From Hypanus sabinus (Eukaryota), in contig NC_082714.1 in the NCBI RefSeq assembly GCF_030144855.1, positions 94,240,001 to 94,304,000 of the forward strand: DNA of 64,000 nucleotides, given 5' to 3'. Below the pieces are notes generated by a model, which was not told the origin of the DNA, ran no database searches, and saw nothing but the letters and a program-made list of their open reading frames with translations. The position numbers and the translations under genes were made by a program. Shown here piece after piece: positions 12,748-26,790 of the stretch (its first letter is position 1; each line of letters starts with the position of its first letter).

Positions 12748-15700
12748 AACATAGAAACATAGAAAATAGGTGCAGGGGTAGGCCATTCTGCCCTGCAGGC
12801 CTGCACCGCCTTTCAGTATGATCATAGCTGATAATCCAACTCAGAACCCTGTGCCTGCTTACTCTCCATATCCCCGATCCGCTTAGCTACAAGGGCCATA
12901 TCTAACTCCCTCTTAAATATAGCCATTGAACTGGCCTCAACTGTTTCCTGTGGCAGAGAATTCCACAGATTCACCACTCTCTGAGTGATGCCATTTTCCC
13001 TCATCGCGGTCCTGAAAGGCTTCCCCTTTATCCTTAAACTGTCTCTCCTCGTTCTGGACTTCCCCAACACAGGAAACAATCTTCCTGCATCTAGCCTATC
13101 CAATCTCTTTAGAATTTTATACGTTTCAATAAGATCCCCCCTCAATCTTCTAAATCGCAGCGAGTATAAGCCTATTCGATCCAGTCTTCCTTCATATGAA
13201 AGTCCTGGCATCCCAGGAATCATTCTGGTGAACCATCTTTGTACTCCCTGTAAGAAAAGAATGTTTTTCCTCAGATTAAGGGACCAAAACTGCACACAAT
13301 TCTTCAGGAGTGGTCTCACCCAGGCCTTGTACAACTGCATTAGCACCTCCCTGCTCCTGTACTCGAACCTGCTTGCTATGAATGCCAACATACCATTCGC
13401 CTTGTTACCGCCTGCTGTAACTGCATGCCCACTTTCAATGACTGGTGTACAATGACACCCGGGTCTTGTTGCACCTCTCCTTTTCCTAATCGGCCACCAT
13501 TCAGATTATAATCTGTTTTCCTGTTCTTGCCACCAAAGTGGATAACCTCACATTTATCCACATTAAATTGCATCTGCCATGAATTTGCCCACTCACCTAA
13601 CCTATCGAAGTCTCCCTGCATCCTCTTAGCATCCACCTCACAGCTAACACTGCTTCGTGTCATCCACAAACTTGGAGATACTGTATTTAATTCCCTCGTC
13701 TAAATCATTAATATATATTGTAAACAACTGGGTTCCCAGCACCGAGCCTCGTATTCTGAAAAGGTCCTATTTATTCCTATTTTTTGCTTCCTGTCTGCCA
13801 AACAATTCTCTATTCACATCAATACCATACCACCAATACCGTGTGCTTTAAGTTTGCACACTAATCTCCTGTGTGGGACCTTGTCAAAAGCCTTTTGAAT
13901 ATCCAAATATACCATATCCACAGGTTCTCCCCTATCCACTCTAATAGTTGCGTTCTCAAAAAAAAATCTGGAAGAGTTGCCAGACATGATTTTCCTTTCA
14001 CAAATCCATGCTGACTTTGTCCGATGATTTCACCGCTTTCTAAATGTGCTGTTGTCACAGCTTTAATAACTGACTCCAGCATTTTCCCCACCACTGATGT
14101 CAGGCTAACCGATCTATACTTCCCCAGTTTCCATCTCCCTCCTTTCTTAAAAAGTGGAGTTACATTAGCCACGCTCCAATCCTCAGGAACTAAACCAGAA
14201 TCTAAAGTGTTTTGCAAAATTATCAATCATGCATCCATTACTTCTTAGGCTACTTCCTTAGGCACTCTTGGATGCAGACCATCTGACCCTGGGGATTTAT
14301 CTGCGTTCCATCCCTTCAATTTAGCTAACACCACTTTCCTACTAACATGTATTTCCCACAGTTCCTCCATCCCAACAGACCCTCCATCCACTACTATTTC
14401 CGGAAGATTATTTATGTCCTCTTTAGTGAAGGCAGAACCAAAATATTTATTCAATTAGTCTGCCACATCCATGTTCCCCATGATCAATTCACCTGTTTCT
14501 GACTGTAAGGGACCTATATTTGTCTTAACCAATCATTTTCTTTTCACATATCTATAAAAGCTTTTACTGTCATTTTTATGTTCCCTGCCAGCTTTCTCTC
14601 ATAATCTTTTTCCCCTTTCCTAATTAAGCCGTTTGTCCTCTGCTGTACTCTGAGTTTCTCCCAGTCCTCAGTGCTTTTTCTGGCTAATGTGTATGTTTCT
14701 TCTTTGGAATTGATGCTATCCCTAATTTCCCTTGTCAGCTATGCGTGCTCTACCGTCCCTGGTTTATTTTTTTTTTTGCCAAGCTGTGATGAACAATTGT
14801 TGTAGTTCATCCATGACATCTTTAAATGCTTGCCATTGCATATCCACCGTCATCCCTTTAAGTATAATTTGCCAGTCTATCTTAGCTAATTCACGTCTTA
14901 TACCTTCAAAGTTACCCTTCTTTAAGTTCAGAATCTTTGTTTCCGAATTAACTATGTCACTCTCCATCTTAATGAAGAATTCCACCATATTATGGTCGTT
15001 CTTACCCAAGTGGACTCGCACGACAAGATTGCAAACTAACCCTTCCTCATTGCTCAATACCCAGTCTAGAATGGCCTGCTCTCTGGTTGGTTCCTCGGCA
15101 TATTAGTTCAGAAAACCATCTCGCATACGTTCCAAGAAATGTTCTTCCTCAGCAGCCTTACCAATTTGGTTCACCCAATCTATAAGCAGATTGAAGTCAC
15201 CCATTATACCTGTTGGTCCTTTATTGCACGGATTTCTAATTTCCTATTTAATGTCATCTGCAACCTCATTGCTACAGTTAGGTGGCCTGCACACAACTCC
15301 CACCAGCGTTTTCTGTCCCTTACTGTTATACAGCTCTGCACGTATGGATCCACATCCTCCAGGTTAATGTTCTTCATTTCTATTGTGTTAACCTCTCTAA
15401 CCAGCAGCGCTACTCCACCTCCTCTTTTCTCCTGTTTATCCATCCTAAACATTGAATATCCCTGGATATTGAGCTCCCATCCTTGGTCAACCTGGAGCCA
15501 TGTTTCTGTGAACCCAACTATATCAGATGCATTAATAGCTATCTGCACATTCAATTCATCCACTTTGTTACGAATGCTCCTCGCATTGATACACAAAGCA
15601 TTCAGGCTTGTTTTTATAGCATTCTTATCCCTTATACAATTATGTTCAAAAGTAGCCCTTTTCGATTTCTGCCCTGGGTTTGCCTGCCTGCCACTTTTAC

Positions 15701-15790
15701 TTTTCACCTTACTACTTTTTGCTTCTAACCTCTTTTTACATCCCTCTGTCACTCTGCACTTGTTCCCATCCCGCTGACACATTAGTTTAA
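12748..15790 (-). mobile_element. CR1 LINE, near-complete but disrupted ORF2 (AP endonuclease + RT)
   Basis: Consecutive ORF fragments: NALCINARSIRNKVDEL...GFTETWL (endonuclease), DKSPGSDGLHPRVPKE, YRSVSLTSVVGKMLE, QHGFVKGKSCL, QFWSLNLRKNILFLQGVQR. Has an (AACATAG) tail. Confidence 0.9.
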
Positions 15791-16539
15791 ATCTTCCTGA
15801 ACAACAGGAGATACAGGCGTTTTACACAGGTAGCGGTGGGAGCCTGGAATGTGCTGGGGTGGTGGTAGATATAGACACATTTGGGACTTCTAAGACATAT
15901 TTAGATAGGCGCACGGATGTGAGGAAAATGGATATTATGTAGGTAGGAGAGATTAGATGGTTACCTGATTATTAACGTAATTATATAGGTACAGCATTGT
16001 GTGCTGAAACGCCTGTTACTGTGCGGCATTCTGCCATGTTATGTGTTCCATGTTTTGTTTAACTACCGATGATCGATAATCCAACAAGGTAGAATTAAAA
16101 AGGTAGATTACACGAGAGGGAAGGTGAGGTTAAATTACTCTTACCTTACCAGGGATTGCAATAACTGTAGGGATTTCCCATGGTGTTTTAGGAAACGGAT
16201 TTTGATATAACAATGGGATTAGTGTTTCGAGTAGTGCAACTAATTGTTCAGAGTGAGCCCACTACTCTGTCTGTGATCCAAAGAGTTAAATTTGTAAAAA
16301 AACATAAATAGCTTTTGCTTGAAGTCGCACCATGCTGCCGGTGAGGTGAACAGATGCCATTGCTCTCGAAATAATATCAAACAACCGTGGTGTGACGGCT
16401 GAGCAGGAGGCTGGGAACAGCGGAACGGTTTGCATTTAATACAAAATGCTAAGTTATCGTGGTTTTTATCATATAAAAACGTCCCCGAATAATAGAGAGA
16501 CAGATTCAATTGTTGACGAGAACATTGCACAAATCACAA

Positions 16540-19465
16540 GCGCACATTGTTTCAAGTTTTAAACTAGACTTGCAGGGGTTGGTAACCAGAGTTCCAGAGT
16601 AGATAGTGGACTGGGGGTGAAAATAAATGATGTTAGAGTTTCATGCGAAGTCGCAAATAGAAGGGTTGTGTGTGGTGGTAATAATCCTCTGAGGTGTATC
16701 TATTTCACTGCGAGGAGTATTGTGGGGAAAGCTGACGAGCTGAGGGCGTGGATTGACACGAGGAATTATGACATTATAGCCATTAGTGAAACTTGTCTAC
16801 AGGAGGGTCAGGACCGGCAGCTTAATGTTCCACATTTTCGAAGTTTCAGACGTGATAGAGGCAGAGGGATGAAGGGTGGGGGGCGGAGGGGTAGCATTGT
16901 TAGTCAGGGAAAATGTTACAGCAGGGCTCAGGCAGGACAGATTAGATGGCTTCTCTACCGAGGCCATAATGGTGGAGCTGAAAAACAAGAAATGTATGAG
17001 CACATTAATGGGGTTGTATTATAGACCACCCATTGGTCAACTTGAATCGGAGGAGCAAATCTGCAGGAAGATAGCAGACAACTTCAAGATACATAAAGTT
17101 GTGATAGTAGGGGATTTTAATTTTCCATGTATTGATTGCGACTCCCATACTGATAAAGGTATAGACGGGTTAGAGTTGGAAAATGTGTTCAGGGAAGTTT
17201 TCTAAATCAATATACACAGGTACCGACAAGAGTGGATGCAATTTTAGATCTCCTATTTGGAAACGAATTAGGGCAGGTAACGGAAATGTGTGTAGAGGAA
17301 TATTTTGGTTCCGGTGATCATCACACCATTAGGTTCAACGTGATCATGGATAAAGATAGATCTGGTCCTCGGGTTGAGGTTATAAACTGGAATAAGGCCG
17401 AATTTGAAGAAATGAGAAAAGATCTAAAATAGCGTGGATTGGGATATGTTGTTCTCTGGCAAGGATGTCGTTCGTAAGTGGGAGGCCTTGAAATGAGAAG
17501 AGAGAGATGTATGACGTGTATAGGAAACAGGAAGCAAATAAGGTCCTTGAGAAGTATAAAAAGTGCAAAAATACTTAAGAAAGATATCAGGAGGGATAAA
17601 AGAAGACATGATGTACCTTTGGCAGTTAAGGTGAAGGATAATACAAAGAACTTCTACGGGTATATTAAGAGAAAAAGGATAGTAAGGGATAACATTGGTC
17701 CTCTTGAAGATCAACGTGGTCGGCTATGTATAGAACAAAAAGAAATGGGCGAGTGTTTTTTGCGTCTGTATCAACTAACCAAATTGGCATGGAGTCAATG
17801 GAAATAATGCAAAAAAAAGTAGTGAGGTCATAGAACCTATACAGAGCGAAGAGGAGGAGCTGCTTTCTATCTTAAGGCAAATCAGAGTAGATCAATAACC
17901 AAGACCTGACAGGGAATTGTCTCGGACCTTGAAGGAGACTAGTCTTGAAATTGCAGGGGCCCAGGCGGTTATATATAAAATGTCGGTATCGATGGGTGAG
18001 GTGCCGGAGCATTGGAGGATAGCTCACGTTGTTCCGTTGTTTAAAAAATGCTCTAAAAGCAATTCGAGAAATTATAGGCCGTTAAGTTTGACATCAGTAG
18101 TAGGTAAATTGTTGGAAGGAGTACTAAAAGATAGGACCTACAAGTATTTAGATAGAAAGGGACTTATCCGGGTGAATCAACATTGCTTTATGCGTGGTAG
18201 GTCATGTTTAACAAACCTATTAGAGTTTTTCGAGGAAGTTACAAGGGAATTGAATGAAGGGAAGTCTGTGGATGTTGCCTACATGGACTTCAGTAAGGCC
18301 TTTGACAAGGTCCTGCATGGGAGGTTAGTTAGGAAGATTCAGCCGCTAGGTATACATGGTGAGGTAGTAAATTAGATTAGACATTAGCTCAGTGGGGGAA
18401 GTCAGAGAATGGTGCTGGAGGATTGCTTCTCTGAGTGGAGGCCTGTCACTAGCGGTGTGCCACAGGGTTCAGTTCTGGGTCCATTGTTATTTGTCATCTA
18501 TATCAATGATCTGGATGATAATGCGGTAAATTAGATAAGCAAATCTGCTAATGATACATAGATCGGAGGTGCAGAGGACAGTGAAGAAGGTTTTCAAAAC
18601 TTGCAGTGGGATCTGGACCAGCTGGAAAAATGGGTTTAAAAATGGCAGATAGAGTTTAATACAGATAGGTGTGAGATATTGCACTTCGGAAGGAAAAACA
18701 AGGTAGAACATACATGGTAAATGTAAGGACACTGAGGAGTGCAGTAGAACAGAGGGATCTAGGAATGCAGATACAAAATTCCCTAAAAGGGGCGTCACAG
18801 GTAGATAGGGTAGTAAAGAGAGCTTTTGGTACATTGTCCTTTATAAATCCAAGGATTGAGTATAAGAGTTGGAATGTTATGGTAAGGTTCTATAAGGCAT
18901 TGGTGAGGAAGCATTTGGAGTAGTGTGTGCAGTTTTTGTCACCGACTTACAGGAAGGATATTAATAATGTGGAATGAGTGCAGAGGAGGTTTACAAGGAT
19001 GTTGGCAGGACTTGAGAAACTGAGTTATAAAGAAAGGTTGAATAGGTTAGGACTTTATTCCTTGGAGCGTAGAAAAATGAGGGGATACTTGATAGAGTTA
19101 TATAAAATTATGATGGGTATAGATAGAGTGAATGCAAGCTGGCTTTTTCCACTGAGGTTAGGGGAGAAAAAAAGCAGAAGACATGGGTTAAGAATGAATG
19201 GGATATCGTTTAAAGTGAACATGGGGGGGGTGCTTTCTTCACACAGAGAGTGGTAGGAGTGTGGAATGAGCTACAAGATGAAGTAGTAAATGCGGACTCA
19301 CTTTCAACATTTAAGAAAAACTTGGACAGGTGCATGGATGAGATGTGCATGGATATGGGCAAGGTGCCGGTCAGTGGGACCAGGCAGAAAAAGATAGTTC
19401 CACACAGCCAGGGAGGTCCAAAAGGTCTGCTTCTGTGCTGTAATATTCTGTGGTTCTATGGTTCA
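16540..19465 (+). mobile_element. CR1 LINE, disrupted ORF2
   Basis: [63 protein letters not shown], with many stops and frameshifts. Confidence 0.9.
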
Positions 19466-19659
19466 ATGGTGGATCATACTTTCGGCATTAGTTTAAAGTT
19501 CATTACGTCGAGGCCAGTAACACACCGGCGGAACAGTGTTGCGCACTATTTCAATTGCAAGGTGTCCAATATTGACTCGGATTTTATCTTTAATAATGTC
19601 GGGCCACTAGGACGGTAATCTGTGATGAAATATTTCACTCCTCGTTTTGTGTGTCTCAG

Positions 19660-19971
19660 ACCGTCTTGTTCCAATCGCCGCTAATTCAGATCGTCCGTGT
19701 CCATAGCCGGGCTACTCTGAATTATGGTCGGGACCTCGGTGTGTTTGCTTTTGTAAATTGGTATAAACAAGGCGATCAAAGGCATCTGCGGTTCGTCTAC
19801 AGAGTGGGCAGGTTCGTGAATGCGTAGAAGATTTTCTCGGAGCAGGTGGACGCAAAATCAGCCAGTTACTCCATGGTGATTGAAAACATCTAGCGAAATG
19901 ATCCCGGATCTACTTCTGCGCAGACCATCTCCACAGCGGTTTCGACAACGGATCCAAATTAATGATCACAG
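19660..19971 (+). pseudogene. Decayed germline-joined VJ exon (paralogue 1)
   Basis: TVLFQSPLIQIVRVHSRATLNY...VNWYKQ...FSEQVDAKSASYSMVIENI*RNDPG/IYFCADHLHSGFDNGSKLMIT|gt. Stops at 19825 and 19891, one frameshift before YFC, and the first Cys appears changed to Tyr. Confidence 0.8.
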
Positions 19972-21569
19972 GTCACTTGTGAAAACAAGTTCATCCATTT
20001 TACAGATGCTAGGACCCTTCTTCCTAAACATATTACCCCTACTGGGGCAGAAGCGCCGAAATCAGCTCGCCAGACTTCAGGCCCTCCAGGTGCTCTTTCA
20101 AGATGTTCCCTTGTGCAGCCCACTTCTAAAGGCCCTACCTCTCCGAGGGAGCTTCTTCTCGTGTTTCTGTAGCACTGGAGTTTTACGGGATGCGGTTACA
20201 GGCCCCAGGCTTAACCTTCCTTCTTCGGCATCCAGTCCTGGGACTGTATGTGGCGGAATTTGCTGGGACCTAGAAGAGTGGTAAAGAGTATAAACAGTAG
20301 GTTCATAAATGAGCTAGGAATTTTTGGTGAAGCTTGTGGTGAAGAGATTAGTTTTCAGCTGCAGAGCTGTTTTGAAGAGTATAATTTAATTCACTTTAGT
20401 GCTTCAGGCCCTTTCTGACGAACGAGTCCACGCAGTCCAATTTGCAGTTAACCTGTACGTCGTTAGAATGTGGGAGGAAAACGAAGCACTCGGCTGAAAT
20501 CCGTGCCTTTACGTTCAAACTCCTTGCAGGAAGCGACGGGGATCGAATCCCCAGTCTTATAGCTGGCTCTATAAAGCGTTCGCTGCGTTCAAGCGCAACC
20601 CTGAAATGGGATCGGAATAATGGCAGATGAAGGTTCACGATGAGAATTTTAAGGCGGCGGGTTGTGGAAGCTTGGGAACAGACAAGAGTTGCACACTTTG
20701 TTTTTGGGCCTGACGGGGCTGATGCGGAGTTAATGCTTCTCTTGGATGAAGTTAATTACGACCACGGCCACGCTTTCAAAATAGTGTCGCTCATTCAGAA
20801 ATGACCTGACAGGAAATTTCCTGAACCGGATCGCAATAACACTCCAGAATCTTCTATATGTATGGCATTCGATCCTTAGTATCAGCTTAAAGTTAAGACA
20901 AAGCAAGGTAGATTTTCTGCTATTAAGTGCAAATGCGTGTACGGTACCAGGGTACAAAACTGGCACTAAGCTACTAACCGAGTCATGTCCTTATTGGAAA
21001 GGAATAAAGATGTAAAATACAGTGTTTCAGTTGCAAAGAAAGTGCATTGCAAGGTGAGAAATAAAGTACAGTGGTCCGACTATTGAGAGTAGCACAGGAT
21101 TGTGATTTAACACCACGTGTTTCTCGTCTACGGTTAAAGCAGCCTGGGCCGCACAGCGCAATCGAGTGGTCGATCTTGGGCAGTGTTTCCAACATTTATG
21201 TATAAAGACGATTAACCGAGTTCTCCGTGGACCCTAGGTTGGAAGCTTCTGCCTTCCCGGAATATCAGCTAATGTGAAATAATTCATGGATAAACAAGGT
21301 ACACTTTGTTCCAGCATTAAAAATCTTAGCATCAGATCTTAAATCAATTCTCTTGATATCTATTACACATCACATTTTGACTTTTGGAAGAAGGATAGAG
21401 GATTGACTTGACCTCAGAGTTATCCATCAATGAACATCATTGATATGTTACTGGAGATTTTTGCATTCCCACCCTAAACTCCAGCCAGCCAAAGACTTTA
21501 TTGTAGTACTGGAGGCCGCATTTTTCTACCACAGTGAATTTAAAATGGCTTTCTGTAGGCTGCAAAGTT

Positions 21570-21752
21570 NNNNNNNNNNNNNNNNNNNNNNNNNNNNNNN
21601 NNNNNNNNNNNNNNNNNNNNNNNNNNNNNNNNNNNNNNNNNNNNNNNNNNNNNNNNNNNNNNNNNNNNNNNNNNNNNNNNNNNNNNNNNNNNNNNNNNNN
21701 NNNNNNNNNNNNNNNNNNNNNNNNNNNNNNNNNNNNNNNNNNNNNNNNNNNN
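21570..21752. other. Assembly gap (183 N)
   Basis: Run of N. Confidence 1.
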
Positions 21753-21982
21753 ATGTACATTGATGTCTAATTCTACTTCTCATTCTCGGTCTCCTTATCT
21801 TTCTTTCTGTTCGCCGTGCTCCAATTTAATCGTTAACATGTAAGTCACAACAGACATAAGGATTCCCAGTAATTCCGTGATCGGAAGCGGCATTTTACAC
21901 AGAGTACGATTTATTATTTTTACAATAGATTTCGTCGAGTTTTACCCTGATGACATCCTGATGATTTTGTTTCCTGTCGCAG

Positions 21983-22341
21983 TACTTCGCCCTCAGGACG
22001 TTAATCCCTCAGAAGCCGTCGGCGCAGGTTCTTTTCATTGAAATTACCTTTAAGTTGCATTGCCACGCGAGCTGTATGTTAATTGGGAATATCAATTGTG
22101 TAATTATGTGGGAATGTTAATTGGTACAAATGGCAACACCAAGAATATTGATACGCTTATTCAGAGATGGACACACGCCTCTCGTCGAAAGATTATCGGG
22201 GCTAGTTGATGGTGAAAGGAATATTTACTCCTGTTTGTTAAGGACGTTCAGAGAAATAATTCAAGGTGGTATTACCGTTCAACAATGGCACTTATCCAAA
22301 AACTATTCGTGTTCAGAAACTCTCCAAACTGGTTACTGCAG
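21983..22341 (+). pseudogene. Decayed germline-joined VJ exon (paralogue 2)
   Basis: Acceptor cctgtcgcag|, donor G|gttagc. Across frameshifts it reads QKPSAQV...KLHC...NVNWYK...ERLSGLVDGERNIYS/LFVKDVQRNNSRWYY(R)...FVFRN/KLVTA. Resembles the V at 19660. Confidence 0.75.
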
Positions 22342-22417
22342 GTTAGCAATAGGTTCATTGTATCACTTGGTCAGCAGTTCCTGATTTTATGCTTGACTGT
22401 AATTGCATCATCATTCC

Positions 22418-22730
22418 GATCCGCGTCAGGGTTCCCGCGCATTCTTGGCTTAACAGCGCTGCCGTGCAGAATGCGTCGGGAGAAATCGGACCAGTTGATG
22501 TGTTTGTAGCAAAACGTGCCTGCTGATCACTAGACCATACTCTGGGCTGCTTCCGGCCATGGTGTCGAAGGGCGGATTCCGCAACAATTTACTGTGACTG
22601 AACACAAAGTTTCAGGAATCAGATCGATGTCTCGGTGGAGACCTGGCGCAGCGGCGTCGTATGCACTTGCGCGCTTCGAGTCAAGGCGTCTGATAACTCT
22701 ACCACTGACAGTGCTTTGCTCGAATGGCAA
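22418..22730 (+). pseudogene. Decayed C1 exon of paralogue 2
   Basis: QLMCL*QNVPADH*TILW (same C-x13-W spacing as the intact gene), then after a frameshift SFRNQIDVSVETWRSGVVCTC versus SVRSQVLVSVKTWINGGVSSC in the intact gene. The V-C intron is similarly short (~80 nt). Ends are approximate. Confidence 0.75.
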
Positions 22731-23004
22731 TAGTCAAGAGTGAGAGAGAATGGGGAACATAGAAAAATTGACAGAGAGTCATAGAAAACTACAATTCAGG
22801 AACAGGCCCTTTGGTCCACTTAGTCCGTGCCGAACTATTAATCTGCCAAGCCCCATGGACGGCAGCCGGAACATAGCCCTCCATACCCTTCCCAATCATT
22901 AACCAAAATATATTCTCTTAAATTTTAAAACCAAACCTGCATCCAACACTTCCTCTCATTCCGCACTCTCACCACCCTCTCAGTTAACAAGTTCCCTCTT
23001 AATT

Positions 23005-26000
23005 CGGAGCAAGATGGCTGCGAGCTAACTGCTGATTTTTCTGAGCGAAGATAGTTTATTTTTACTACTCTGGTTAAAGAGAGATGAGACAGCGCAGGCG
23101 CGGGACGTCAGCCAGTAGAGCGCGAAAGGATTAAAAAAAGGCAGACATATCCAGCGGGCAGCAGAGCGGCAGGGCTTACACTGAACGGGCTGAGGCTGAG
23201 GCAAGACGAGGCGAGGTTGGATGTATGTGTCTGATCCAGTTTTCTGCGCTCAGTGTCAGATGTGGGGTGTCCTCGAGTCTGCCAGCTTCCCAGAGGGCCG
23301 TATCTGCATCAGGTGTGTCGAGCTGCAGCTCCTGAGGTACCAAGTAAGGGAACTGCTAATGCAACTCGATGACCTTCGCTGAGTCAGGGACAGCGATGTG
23401 GTGATAGAGAGGAGTTACAGGCAGGTGATCACACTGGGACCCCGGGAGCCGAGAAAGTGGAACACGGTGAGGCGGGGGAAAGGAAAGAGTCAGGTACTAG
23501 AGAGTACTCCTGTGGCTGTACCCCTTGGCAATATGTATTCCTGTTTGAGTACTATTGGGGGGAGCATACCTGGGGGAAGAGGCAGTGGCCGTATCTCCGG
23601 CACAGAGTTTGGCCCTGTGGCTGAGAAGTGTAGGAAAGGGAAGAGGAAGGGAGTAGTGATAGGAACTCTATAGTTAGCGGGTCAGACAGGCGATTCTGTG
23701 GACGGAGGAAAGAAACTCAGATGGTGGTTTGCCTCCCAGGTGCCAGGGTCCGGTATGTTTCAGATCGTGTCCTAGATATCCTGCGGTGGGAAGAGAGAGC
23801 AGTCAGTGGTCGTGGTACATATTGGTACCAATGACATAGGTATGAAAAGGGAAGAGGTGCTGACAAAAAGATTTCAGGGAGCTAGGAAGGAAGTTGAGAA
23901 ACAGGACCGCAAAGGTAATGATCTCGGGATTGCTGCCTGAGCCATGCGACAGTGAGAATATGAATAGGATGAAGTTGAGGATAAATGCGTGGCTGAGGGA
24001 TTGGAGCACGTGGCAGGGATTCAGACTTCTGGATTATTGGGACCTCTTTTGGGGCAGGCGTCACCTGTACAAAAAGGACTGGAATGCCAGGGGGACCAAT
24101 ATCCTGGCGGGGAGGTTTGCTGAGGTTAGTGGGGAGAGTTCAAACTAGATTTGTTGGAGGTTGGGAACCAAACTGAAAGGAATGGGGAAGAAGGGGTTAT
24201 CTCACAAATAGAAAAAGCTTGTGGGCAGTGCGAGAGGAAGAATAGGCAGGTGATACAGAAAGGACGCGCTCAGACCGAAGGCGTGTGATGTATGTATTTT
24301 AATCCAAGGAGTTCTGTGAACAAGGCGGATGAGCTTAGAGCGTGGATCAGCACTTGGCGATATGATGTGATGGCCATTACAGAGACTTGGTTGGCTCAGG
24401 AACCGGACTGGTTACTTCAAGTGCCGGGTTTTAGATGTTTCAGAAAGGACAGGGAGGGAGGCGAAAGAAGTGGGGGCGTGGCACTGTTGATCAGAGGCTG
24501 TCACGGCTGCAGAAAAGGTGGACACCATGAAGAGATTGTCTACGGGGTTTCTGTGGGTGGAGGTTATGAACAGGAAGGGGTCAATAACTTTACTGGGTGT
24601 TTCTATATAGGCCGGCTCATAGTAACAGGGATATCGAGGAGTAGACAGGGAAACAGATCCTGGAAAGGTGTAATAATAACAGAGTCGTTGTGATGGGAGA
24701 TTTTAATTTCCCAAAAATGGATAGACATGTCCCTAGAGAGAGGGGTTTAGATGGAGTGGAGTTGCTTAGGTGTTTTCAGGAAGGTTGCTTGCCACAGTAT
24801 GTAGATAAGGCTACAAGAGGAGAACCTGTACTTGATTTGGTATTCTGAAATGAACCTGGTCAGGTGTCAGATCTCTCAGTGGGAGAGCATTTTGGCGATC
24901 GTAATCCTATGTCTACAATAACATTGGGTATAGATCAGGGGGAATTATGAGGCTATCAGGCAGAAACATGGAGGCTTAAGTTGGAAAGAAATGTTCTCGC
25001 GGAAAAGTACGGAAGAAATGTGGCAAATATTCAAGGGATACTTGTGTAGAGCTCGGTATAGGTACGTTCCAATGAGACAGGAAAGATATGGTTGGGCACA
25101 GGAACCGTGGTGTACAAAGGCTGTAATAAATCTCGTCAAGAAGAAAAGGTTCAGAGAGCCTGGTAATGTTAGAGATCTGGAAAACTAAAAGGCTACTAGG
25201 AAGGAGCTTAAGAGGAAATTAGGAAATCCAGAAGGGGCCATAAAGCCTTGTTGGGCAGAATTAAAGAAAACCCCAAGGCATTCTATATGTGAAAGAATGG
25301 GACCTATGAAATGTGAGAGTGCGGAAGTGTGTATGGAACCAGAGGAAATAGTAGAGGCTCTTAATGAATAATTTACTTCAATATTTACTATGGTAAAGGA
25401 TCCTAGTGACTGTAGTGATGACTTGCAGGCAGACTGAAAAGCTTGAGCATGTAGATATTAAGAAAGACGAAATACTGGAGCTTTTGGAAAGAATCAAGTT
25501 GGATAAGTCGCCGGGACCGGACGAAATTTACCCCAGACTACGATAGGAGGCGAGGGTGGAGATTACTGTACCTCTGGCGATAATCGTTTCATCATCAATG
25601 TGACGAGAGAAGTTCTCGAGGAGTGGAGTTTTGCGGATGTTGTACCTTTATTCAGGAAAGGGAGTGGAGGTACCACGTGCAAGGCTTACTGAGAAAGTAA
25701 GGAGGCATGGTATCCAAGGGGACATTACTTTTTGATCCAGATCTGGCTTGCCCACAGTAAGCAAAGAGCGGTTGTAGACGGGTGATATTCTGCATGGAGA
25801 TCGGTAACCAGTGGGGCGCCTCTGGGATCTGTTCTGGGACCCTTACACCTCGTGATTTTTTAAAATAATATACCTGGATGAGGATGTGGAGGTATGAGTT
25901 GGTAAGTATGCTGATGACACACAAGTTGGAGGTGTTGTGGATAGTGTGGAGGGCTGTCAGAGGTTACAGCGGAACATTGATGGGTTGCAAAACTGGGCTG

Positions 26001-26790
26001 AGAAGTGGCAGACGGAGTTCAACCCAGATAAGTGTGAAGTGATTCAATTTGGTAGGTCAAATATGATGTCAGATTATAGTATTAATGTTAAGACTCGGTA
26101 GTGCAGAGAATCAGAGGGATCTTGCGGTCCGAATGTATAGGAGGCTCAAAGCAGCTGTGCAGGCTGACTCTGTGATTAAGAATGCGTCTGGTGTATTGGC
26201 CTTCATCAATAGTGGAGTTGAATTTAAGAACCGAGTGGTAACATTGTAGCTATATAGTACCCCTGATCTGACCTCACTTGGAGTACTGTGCTTAGTTCTG
26301 TTCAGCTCACTACAGAAAGGATGTGGAAACCATAGAACGGGTGCAGATGAGATTTACAAGGATGTTGCATGGATTGGGGAGCATGCCTTATGAGAACAGT
26401 TTGTGTGAACTCGGCCTTTTCTCCTTGGAGCGAAGGAGGATGAACGGTGACCTGATAGAGGTGTACAAAATGGTGACAGGCATTGATCGTGTTGATAGTC
26501 TGAGGCGTTTCCCAGGGCTGAAGTGGTTGCTGCAAGAGGACACAGGTTTATGCTGCTGGGGAGTAGGTACAGACGAGATTTCAGGGGTACGTCTTTTACT
26601 CAGTGAGTGGTGAGTACGTGAAATGAGCTGCGGATAGGTCAGGGTCTTTTAAAAGACTTTTAGATAGGCACATGGAGCTCAGTAAAATAGAGGGCTATAG
26701 ATAAGGCTAGTAACTTCTCAGGTAAGAACGTGTTCCACACAACTTTGTGGGCCGAAGGACCTGTATTTGACTGTAGGTTTTCTACGTTTA
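23005..26790 (+). mobile_element. CR1 LINE, near full length, with ORF1 (Cys-rich N-terminus + SGNH esterase-like domain) and ORF2, decayed
   Basis: ORF1 remnants (CAQCQMW...C..C, VVVHIGTND, GLLPEP...RINAWLRDW) at ~23240-24150. ORF2 remnants (CMYFNPRSSVNKADEL, DKSPGPDEIYPRL, ETIERVQMRFTRML) at 24290-26640. Confidence 0.88.

Noticed and set aside
19932-19938. CACAGCG heptamer-like sequence at the V-J junction of paralogue 1
   Set aside because: There is no nonamer at 12 or 23 bp spacing, and it lies within continuous coding sequence
20006-20280. Candidate C1 exon after paralogue 1 (AG at 20004-20005)
   Set aside because: The implied intron is only ~34 nt, and no C-x13-W or second-Cys pattern appears in the frames I read
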